A DNA stretch of 61,029 bases, filler included, from Dugesia japonica (taxonomy: Eukaryota): assembly GCA_001938525.1 (NCBI GenBank). It is 6 parts of 6 records of this genome, joined end to end, with 100 filler letters (N's around TTAATTAATTAA, not from the genome) between each part and the next. Parts side by side here need not be neighbours in the genome. Positions count along the whole stretch, not along the records: positions 40,759 to 52,455 come from MQRL01596362.1; positions 52,556 to 61,029 come from MQRL01578970.1; 4 more parts are not named here. One strand, 5' to 3'. Position numbers and translations under genes: made by a program. Each line of letters begins with the position of its first letter. Within the stretch, counting starts at the first letter, position 1. The notes beneath the pieces are model-generated. The model was not told the origin of the DNA. It did not search any database and worked only from the letters and a program-made list of their open reading frames with translations. Positions 51,280 through 61,029 of this stretch are shown here, piece by piece.

Positions 51280-52455
51280 GTCTATCAAGGCTACAAACTT
51301 ACTGCATTGGTCTATTATACCGAGAACATATTTTTTCTGATCTCTTGTCTCTGGTAGTGGTCCACACACATCTAAAAATAACAGTTCAAACATTTCGGCT
51401 GGCTGTGTCTTTTTTGTTTCTTCCTTCGTTTTTGTTGTCAACACTTTAGCTTTCTGACATGTTATACAGCTTCGGACAACCTCTTGTACTTTGCTTCATA
51501 AATATTTCGTGTTGTATTTATGCTTCATATACACTGCTACTTTCTCTGCTCCAGCAGGACACAAAGGATGATATATTCTCATTATAATCTCTTCTATTTT
51601 ATCATCAGGTATCCATGTTCCTTCATTATTCTCAGCAAAGTTGCCTAGTTTTTCTTGAATATCTACTGTATTTAACATCCTTGTTTTTAATTTTACTCTT
51701 TTGACATTGTACACATGTACCGCGTTAACTACTTAACAACATATCCGCATATATATGAAGCGATCTTTTTCTATGTTCCAATTTTATATCTAAACTGCTC
51801 AAATAATTAATCCAGGTTTGAAATTGTGGTGTAATCGGCTTCTTGGTATTTAGCATAAAAGTTATGGCTTTATGATCTGTTCTCAGGATAAATCTCTTCT
51901 ATATAAGTAATGTTTGAAATGAATACAAAAGTAGTAAATTACGAGCAATTCTTTCCGCGTAGTACAATATTCTTTCTCATGACTCGTCATTGCGTGTGAC
52001 CCATATACAATTACTTTTTCTTGCCCATTGCTGTTCTTTTGAGAAAGTACTGCCCCAATCGTATCAAAACTCGCATCTGTGTCAAAAATAAATTCTCTAT
52101 TTATATCTGAAAAACATAATATTGGAGACATCATTAGTGCTTCTTTCATTTCATTAAAAACTTTTAATTCAATAGCCCATTCAATTGTCTTGTTAGTTGG
52201 CCCACTACACAGTTGTTCCAGCAATCTAGCTTTTTTTGAATAATCTTTAATAAACTTGCGATAGTAATTGCATATTCCAAAAAGGCTTCTCATTTTTTTT
52301 AACACATTTTGGTTTATTAAAGTTCTTAATTGCTTCTATTTTAGTTGAATCTGTTTTGACACTTTCTTTACTGATTACGTGTCCCAAAAATTTGATCTCC
52401 TTTCGCATGAATTAACATTTCTTCGGATTAACTCTTAGAACAGCCTTCTTAATTT
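51280..52455 (-). mobile_element. pol: Degenerate Ty3/Gypsy pol (RT end-RNase H-integrase N-terminus)
   Basis: GICNYYRKFIKDYS, FIFDTDASFDTIGAVLSQ, YCTTRKELL, RTDHKAITF, HHCC remnant. Confidence 0.92.
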
Positions 52456-52555
52456 NNNNNNNNNNNNNNNNNNNNNNNNNNNNNNNNNNNNNNNNNNNNT
52501 TAATTAATTAANNNNNNNNNNNNNNNNNNNNNNNNNNNNNNNNNNNNNNNNNNNN

Positions 52556-52612
<57 letters not shown>
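52556..52612. repeat. (TTA)n microsatellite at a contig edge (another at 18431-18452)
   Basis: Perfect trinucleotide run. Confidence 0.95.
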
Positions 52613-52614
<2 letters not shown>

Positions 52615-53919
52615 CTTATTTTATGATTACTTACAATTTTTTCTTTTAACAACAATAAATATATATTATCTATTAATTATTATAAAGCTATAAAAATATA
52701 TTTCATATTATATGTTGTAGAAAATTATCTTTACACTTCTATTTGAAAGACATAATTATCCCCATATCAAGGGGCTGAATCGAACTTGTGCAATTTTTGG
52801 GGAAATACACTAGTTTAACATTGTGCAGTAACAATACATGAGATAATGCGTTGATAACCAAAAGCACTTTTTTTCTGTTGGACAAAATCATGCCTGATTA
52901 TAATAATTTTTATTTTATAAAAAATGATCCACAGACATTTGACATAAAAAAATTTTGACCAAATTTTATTGACAAAATATTTTAACTTAATTCTTTAAAA
53001 CGATCAATGGTTATGTCTAACAATTATTCTTGCAATAATTGCAATTTTAAAAAAAATTTTTGACAAAATTTATTTGACATGAAAAATATTTTACATAAAA
53101 CACTATTTTAAAACTATTTATTACACAAAATTTATTTTAAATAAAAAAAAACTATTTTTTCAATAGTGTTTTCTTTATCTCCTGGCTCAGCAGTTTTAAT
53201 AAAATTATTTTTGAGCAACCTGCCTATATGTTGCAAATAAACTAAAACTTCGTGGTTTCCTTTAAATTCATCATAAGAGCGGACTAAATTTGCAATTCGA
53301 CAGTTTTTTTTATCAGATATTTGTTCTTAATTTGATGCCTGATTTTTCTGTGTTCACCATATAATTGTATGATCAATCGATCGTTTACACATTCATCTCT
53401 TTTAATAAATTCAATAAATTTCCAAATATTCACATGTTTAGATTGAACCGCACCTTGAATTTTATGTCAAAAAAAATTTTGTTGACTTTTTATTTGACTA
53501 TTTTATTTATCCAATACTATATTAAGTAATTATTTAAAATTTATTCTTATTTTTCCTATTTATTATAACTATTTTTAATGGTAATTTACCTCCTCCAATT
53601 TATTTAACCCTTTAATCTAAGATAAAATTATTTCAATTGAAATTATCAATAATTCAAATAAAATCCAACGTGTGACTGCCGTCAGTCATCACAATATTTT
53701 AAAAGTTTTATTTAAAATGTTTAAAATATTTCAAATAAATAAGATCAAATTTTACAATTAGTAATTAATAAAATAAAATATTTTTATCATTAAAACATTT
53801 CAAAAAATTATAACTGGATCTCAAATTATTTGGCTGATTTAATTTGTTTAAAATAACAAAATTAAATATATTATCTTCGTTTGTTAACCCTCAAACGGTT
53901 ATTGTGTGTACAATGGCCA

Positions 53920-56730
53920 TATTTCAGAATAAATTTGTTTATAACACACTTTTTAAATGTGGAAATTAATTTTTTTGAATTACGTATTTTACTATTTGCA
54001 TTAGAACATATTTTTCGGGATTTGTGCGAAAATTTATTGTGCCCATTAGACAATTTTCACCCAGAAATGTTAGAAAAATCTTTTAGCTGTTTAGGGTTAA
54101 TAACCAGTTTATGGAATCTACAACTCTTTTAAATCGAATAATGAGTGCCTTAGACTAATCTAACAATTATAATTATATATTTATTGGTATTTATTTTTTT
54201 ATTTATTAATTATTTTAAGGTACACGCTCAGTTTGTACATTTTGTTTGCAAATTAAATGCTTTTTTCAATTATAAACGTTTTTTTTTGGGTTTTCCAGAA
54301 AGTTCGTGTCGATTTTAAATATATGAAATTAAAACAGGTTGTAATATGTAGAAATGATTGTAAACAAGTTACATATTGTAAAAGTTAAATGACATATTTG
54401 AATTAATAAAGAAAATTAAATAATAATCTAAAGTATTACGTCAATTCTAAAATAAAATTCATTATATACATTTGATGCTTTTCTTTTACCGGAAGAGTTA
54501 AAATGTAACAAGCAGCAACGAATATGAGGTGTTTATTGTAGAAATGCTTTAGAAATGTTCGGAATTGGTTTTTTAGAGTTTAACTTAAACGACTAGGAAC
54601 ATTTAGATCGACTCAGCGCGACTAATAAGATGCGATCAAAACACTTGCCGAGAATAATTCACCATACGACACGTGAATAGCAGAAATGTTAAATATACTG
54701 AAAATCACCATCCATTAGCATATATTGAAGCTTGGATACATAAACCCAAAGTTCGACCGTACGTACGGAACGTGCGCTATTTTTTCTGCCAAATGCGTAC
54801 CGTACGCGTACACTATTTTTTGGCTAAATTAATAAATAGCGTACGTTTTTTGGTTTAAGTTACTCGAAATAAAGTTGTGAAATAAGTTTTTTTAAATTGA
54901 ATTTAAATAACCGAACAAATTTATTATAGAATTACAAAAATAATCGCAAAATTAAAGAAAGACAACCGTTTTAAAACAATTTGCACGTTTATTTTGTATT
55001 CTAAACTACGCTCATAAAGTCCGTCTATGAATTTTGAATTTTATCAATTCATCTTTATTATTATTATATAAATTATAAAGAATGAATCTATAAAGTTGCA
55101 AAACTATCTAAATTTTATTCATCTGGGAAATCTGACTGTTCTTGCATTTGTTCTGATATATCAGTATCACTGATATAATCATATGGTTCATTCCACTCCA
55201 CGTTCTCTTCAACGTAATTGACTTCTTCCACTTTGTCCATTATATGTGTGTTCGCGTGGATATACTCCATCTTCTCAACAGTCATCGGATTCAGCCGAGC
55301 CCTTCTCTTATTCTGGAAGAAACCAAATAAGCTCCAGTCCCTTTCAGCAGCACTTGAAGTTGCGCTTTGGCTTAGTACGCGTATGGCAAATCTCTGGAGC
55401 TCCGGTACACCCGAGCCAAAACTGTGCCACCAATGATGTGCTGGCATAGTACTTGCTGCAGCTTTTGCTACTGTGCATGCACATATTCCATGACTTGATC
55501 TAAAGTAATTTAGTTGGTTTGTTATAATGACTTGCTCTTCCACTTCAGGATGCAATGGTTCTACTAGTTCATAGAATCCAATCATGATTTCGTCGTTTGC
55601 ACGCTGAGCCATGTTAACATACTCCGGATCTAGAAGGAATCCAGAAGTTTTGTTTGAATCATAGCCCATCTTCTAGCAAATGAATCCTGCAACTCTTTAC
55701 GCTGAAATTTTAATATATTTTGAAAGGTGTTTATATATTCCTGGATTGTAAATATTGTAAAAATATGTAAAGATTGTAAATTAATCCAATGATAAATAAT
55801 GAGACAAATTTAAAATAAAAAGTTCTTTAAAAATAAATAAAAGGGGAAAAACTGGATATATAGAAAATAAATTAATTTTCACGACGGAATAACGAGAATA
55901 AGCACAGATAGATAGTGGAGAAAAGGTACCACAAAATACCATTCCCAATTGATATACATAAGAACGCTAGCAATAATAAGAGGTGAATAAGTCGTCCAAT
56001 ACGGACAAGTGATTCCAGAAAGTAATAAAAAAAATTAATTGGCGACTGAAAATAAGTGAAATGAATTATTTAGGTAATAGCATGCTAAAAATATTAATTC
56101 TAAATATAATTTTAGTGATAAATTGATTGTTATGATTTAAAAGATCATAATATATTTGTTGTCAACACTAAATGACACTAATAAATATTAATAGTTTTTG
56201 GGGAATCGATTTTGTAATATGCTGGAGAACTTTCACGTATATTCACTTATTATCAAAGATCTGTGTCAAATTATTAAATAAATGATGAGTTTGTTAGATT
56301 CATCGGTGAATTTCTAAGACTAACACTTTTCATTTCTTAAAACACATATTATGAATTTGTTATTTCAAATTTAAAAAATTTATATCTAAGACGAAAATTT
56401 CAGTTTATTGGCTAGCAACATGTACAAACTGAGCGTGTTCCTTAAAATAATTGATAAACAAAAAAACCAATACCAATAAATATATAATTATAATTGTTAG
56501 ATAAGTCTAAGGCACTCATCATTCAATTTAAAAGAGTTGTAGATTCCATAAACTATTTATTAACTCTAAACAGCTGAAAGATTTTTGTAACATTTCTGGG
56601 TGGCACGTGTCTAATAGGCACAAAATAATGTTGGCACAAATCCAAAAAAATAATGATTATGCAAATAGTAAAATACAATGCAAAAAAATTTATTTCGACA
56701 TTTAAAAAGTGTGTTATAAACTAATTTAAT
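53920..56730. repeat. ~310-bp diverged inverted repeats (53920-54240 / 56420-56730) enclosing ~2.2 kb
   Basis: CACGCTCAGTTTGTACAT/ATGTACAAACTGAGCGTG, TTTATGGAATCTACAACTCTTTTAAAT/ATTTAAAAGAGTTGTAGATTCCATAAA, TTATAACACACTTTTTAAATGT/ACATTTAAAAAGTGTGTTATAA. Confidence 0.9.
54747..55745 (-). mobile_element. hAT transposon 3' part with C-terminal dimerisation domain (ORF 55115-55669)
   Basis: GFLLDPEY, WWHSFGSGVPELQRFAIRVLSQSATSSAAERDWSLF..KRRARL; subterminal CGTACG repeats at 54758-54845. Confidence 0.9.
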
Positions 56731-57290
56731 ACACTCGAACCCCGGTTTAACAAATTTCTAGGAAATCGAAAATTTTTTCGTTAAAGCGTAGCTTTAGTTA
56801 AACCGAATGAAAACCCTACGAATTTGTGTTTCATGATGAATATACACTCTTTCGGTTTATATAAAAGACTTTGGACATTAAATTATTTTTAACACATTGA
56901 TGTCATATAAATCATTCATGCATCGAAAAATTAACGGTGCTTGAATTTGCTTTCATTTGCACACTTATTAATTAGTGGAATCTTCAAACTAAAGAGGAGA
57001 TTTCATTTATTATTTTTCGTTGTTTTATTATCTCTTAGTTGAGATTCTTTTATGTTATTGTAACCAATTAAATATTTTATCCTTTATTTATTCATTTAAT
57101 TTTAACAGTCATGGATTACTGATTGAAACACACTAAAACTGTGTATAATGAATAATCAGTTGAGACGAATTACAAAATCATCAATCATTGTCTGTAAGCG
57201 CCAGCATTTGGATACCGTCTTTTTGTTCAGTGCGGAATCGTGAAAAGACTAGCCACTGCAGCTGCCAGCGATATTGTAGTTATAACTAAC
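56731..57290 (-). mobile_element. pogo/Tigger-like remnant
   Basis: TA-CACTCGAACCCCGGTTTAACAAA..TTCGTTAAAGCG is a Tigger-like TIR; minus-strand KTVSKCWR. Confidence 0.5.
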
Positions 57291-57294
57291 GTAC

Positions 57295-58976
57295 TATGAA
57301 CCGGAAATTGTTAACATTAAGGAAGAACCGATAGAAGTTAAAACTTTAGAAGATGAATCAGAAATTATTACCATAAAGGAAGAAGCAATCAACATAGTAC
57401 CAGAAGAATAAGTAATCATTAATGAAATAGATATAACATCAGAAGATTGGAATAACTTTGAACTAATTGAGTAATTAGACTAAAAAGACATCATATTACA
57501 AGAATTCATTGTTGAAGAAAAAAGTAATCAAGTTGGTGGCACATTAAATTCAGGTGATACAAATGAAGATGTCGTAATAGAAAGGGACTTATATAGATGT
57601 CACCAAATTATAAAAATTGACATGTCAAGTTGGAATAGTGATCAAATTATACTACTAGAAAATTTGATTAACCAACTGTTTAAAATAATAGATGAAATGA
57701 AAGAAGTAAAAATACAATTTGGACTCAACATGGCTATTTTAAGGGATGAGGAGGCCATAACTTTTAGAATATCAAAAAGAGTTTTTCAACTAAGAGACAG
57801 TTTTTTTTTTGAAGAGAGTATTAAACAATTGAACGAAAAAATTTCTATAAGAAGTGGGGTCGGTTCCAGCTGGATACTGATCATGATTTTGGAAGTGTAT
57901 TCAAAATCACAAAGATAGAAATTATAAGCAAATTGTTAGGACATAGTTATATACCAACACCTGATAATTTGAAAGGAAAAACGCAATTGTTAACGTTCAC
58001 AATAGAGATGGTTAATACTTAACAGCATTTTAGCCATTACCATCTATGACCTAAGTCACTAAAATAGATTTAGAGAATCAAATTATCATAAATGTGTGTC
58101 TGAGTATGATTATGAAGACACAGACATGCCAATCCGGTTGAATAGTATCAGAAAATTTGAAAGAAAAAATCCTGGACTTTCAATAAATGTCCTTTCATGG
58201 AATTCAAATAATGTGAAAGATAATGATCAAAATGTTTTCAAACATCCCAATTTATATATTATCCGTAGATCCAAGGTAGTTGATGGAGACAAGATTTATT
58301 TGTTGATGTTATAAAATGGTAACAACTACCATTATACAGCTGTAGTTAACTTAGACATATTGAATAAAGATGGTAAAAACAATAGTACAAGGATCCAATC
58401 AATATGTTGTTGAAATTTGTTAAACAGTTTTAGAAAGGAAATAGCTTTTGCAAAGCATCAAGTAATTTGTGAGAAGATTCAAACCGGAACAACATTATAT
58501 ACCATGCCAACAGATAAAAATTTAGAATTCAAGGATTTCTCTAAGACAATGACACCACCATTCGTCATATATGCTGAAGACGTATATTTTCAAAGACATA
58601 TGNNNNNNNNNNNNNNNNNNNNNNNNNNNNNNNNTTTACTGACAAAACAACATATAAACAGTTTATTGGTAATAACTGTATATATGATTTTTTGAAGGAA
58701 ATTCAAGATATAAATAAAATTATGGTGGCTCCATATTACGAACAGAATAGAAATAAGCCAATGGTAATATCAAGAGCAGAAGAAATATCGTTTGCTGCAA
58801 CCAAAAATTGTTATTTGTGTAAGAACACATGGTCTGTACCAGTTCAAGATTACCATCACTTTACTGGTCAGTATTTAGGCGCAGTATGTTCTAAAAGTAA
58901 CTTGAGTAGAAGTTTGAAAATGCAATTACCTGTTGTATTTCACAATTTAAGAGGGTATGATTTACATCTAATTTAA
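57295..58976 (+). pseudogene. Polinton pPolB N-terminal half with endonuclease-VII-like insert
   Basis: GVGSSWIL, GHSYIPTP, IRKFERKNPGLSINV, NYHYTAV, PPFVIYAE, CYLC..VQDYHHFTGQYLGAVCSKSNL, PVVFHNLRGYDLHLI. Confidence 0.92.
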
Positions 58977-59599
58977 TTTACATCTAATCTAACATATTTA
59001 CTTGTAATTTTGGAATTTAATTAGATTTCGTGTATTTTTAATAAATTGTTCTATATTTATCGTTAAAATAAAATATAAATTTGATTAATAATTTGAATTT
59101 TTATTAAGATTGATTCATTGAAATAATTTCTAAAAATTAATTAAAAAATATCATATAATTGATTGAATAATTAAGTATTATTAGACGTTTGAAGGACTCG
59201 TAGGATAATTAATGTCAAAACTCGTTTCCATGAAAGATGTATTCACACAACAAAATTAAATATATAAATGTGTTTATTTCAAAAATTTTTAAAAATTTAT
59301 ATTTAAAACGGAAAATATTAAATATCAGCATTTTGTATAATATTTTATTTAAAATTTCAATAATGTAAAATTTCTAAAAATATATTTAAAAAAATATATT
59401 TTATTGACAATGTTTTATAAGTTATTTTACTCAAAATTTTATATATTTTATTTTATCTAAAATTTCAATAAAGCAAAATTTTAAAAATACAGTAAAAAAA
59501 TATATTTTATTGACAATTAGAAGTTTGATAATTTTACAAATTATAACAACATTACAAAACTTTTAATACACATTTATTATTTTTATAAATAATGATAAT

Positions 59600-60957
59600 T
59601 TATTTATTTTATAAATTATTTTTATGATACAAATTTAAATATTTAACAAATCTGATCTCAATAAATTCTGCCTTTAAATACAAAAAATTCAGATCTGCTT
59701 TTAAAAACTATCTTACACCCCCCTTTTAAGAATTTTTTTATTTTCTCTATGTTTCTTTTAAGACTTTTTTCCATTTGTAACTTCCAGGATGTAACGTCTA
59801 TCTTAAACCTTCCTCTTCATCTTATGAGGCCCTTCATAACGATTTTGGTTCTTGTTTCTTGAGTCAACTTTCACTAAGACCTCATCACCGACCTCAAATT
59901 ATCTTTTGGTTAGTATCTCTTCATGTTGCTCTTTGTGTACTCTTTTCGTATTTATTTCATTTATCATTTGTCTCTGCATATTCTCTTCCCAAATATGATT
60001 TCAGCAGGGCTTTTCACGATGTTCTTCTGTTTTGTAGCATTCAAGGTAAATTCTATCTATGGCAATACATCCTCATAATCTGAGGTTTTCCTTTATTTTA
60101 GTGTGACATTTATCGTATCCTGCAAAGTTCTAAACTATCTTTCAATTTTTCCATTTGTGTTATGATGATATGGAATCCGGAACCTGCGGGTAATTATATG
60201 TTCAGCGGTTAAATGGTTTATTAATTTAGACTTAAATGCTCTTCTACAATAAACTCTAATTTCTCTTGGACACCCAAACTTTAATATCCACTTCTTTATT
60301 ATTGCTATTAAGGCTACATACTTACTGCATTGATCTATTATGTTGAGAACATATCTTTTTCGAGCTATTGTCTCCTGTAGTGGTTCACACACATCTATAA
60401 ATAACAACTCAAAAATTTTCGGCTGGCTGTGCCGTTTCGTCTTTCGATTTTGTGGTCAATACTTAAGGTTTCTGGCATGTTATGTAGTTTCGAGTAACTT
60501 TTTGTACTTTGCTCCAAAAATGTTTCGCGTTTTATTTATGCTTCATCAACGCTGCTACTTTTTCTGTTCCAGCATGACTTAAAATATCGTGCATCCTCAT
60601 TATAACCTCTTCTACTCTGTCATCATCGTTTTCTCCAAAATTGTTTTTCTTAGATATCTACTGTATTTAACATTCTTGTTTTAATTTTCCACTCTTGAGA
60701 TATTCATGTGACCTTAGACATTATGCACATGTATTTTATTTACTTCTTGCAACATATCCGCATTTGTATGAAGCGATTCTTTTATATATTCTAATTTTAT
60801 ATCTAAACTTCTCAAATAATAATTTCAGGTTTGAAACTGTGATGTGATCGACTTCTTGGTATTTAGGATAAAAGTGATAGCCTTATATTCCGTTCTGAGG
60901 ATAAATCTCTTTCTATATAAGTAGTGTTTGAAATGAATACAAAAGTAGTAAATTGCG
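59600..60957 (-). mobile_element. Degenerate Gypsy RNase H end-integrase-PPT-LTR start
   Basis: LFIDVCEPL..IIDQCSKY..WILKFGCP..PYHHNTNGKIER; minus-strand AAAAGGGGGG-TGTAAGA at 59727-59710. Confidence 0.9.
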
Positions 60958-61029
60958 GATATCGAACCTATCTTTAGAGGAGAAGGTTGCACAAGATGTG
61001 GGAAAAGAGATCACACGTTAGCTTCATGC
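60958..61029 (+). pseudogene. gag-like CCHC zinc knuckle fragment at the window edge
   Basis: CTRCGKRDHTLASC matches CX2CX4HX4C. Confidence 0.6.

Noticed and set aside
1-61029. tRNA/rRNA genes
   Set aside because: No cloverleaf or rRNA-like conserved GC-rich segment recognised by eye

Overview
Very AT-rich eukaryotic DNA (probably a compact invertebrate genome; taxon cannot be determined from sequence alone). It is stitched from several contigs by artificial N44-TTAATTAATTAA-N44 linkers. The window is almost entirely decayed mobile elements. These include Ty3/Gypsy LTR fragments, Polinton/Maverick (adintovirus-like) fragments of two capsid-module types, Penelope-like GIY-YIG remnants, a piggyBac with both ends, mariner, pogo/Tigger, a GC-rich hAT and an RLE-type non-LTR retrotransposon. 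The Polinton fragments cover a double-jelly-roll capsid, penton, A32 ATPase, integrase-chromodomain and pPolB. A few minus-strand exons of an unidentified host gene lie among them. Most notable: (i) a dispersed family of minimal type-I hammerhead-ribozyme motifs (CUGANGA-A-stemII-GAAA-AUU-H) with covarying stem I, sitting in or at the pivot of fold-back repeats; (ii) a family of Polinton-like AGTAG(G/A)TAGATA termini, each next to a different tandem array, including a 276-bp TIR+array mini-element; (iii) a nearly intact Polinton terminal module (end, HTH gene, MCP, protease-site-bearing ORF) fused to a Gypsy pol through microhomology. All family assignments come from motif recognition by eye, not from database searches.
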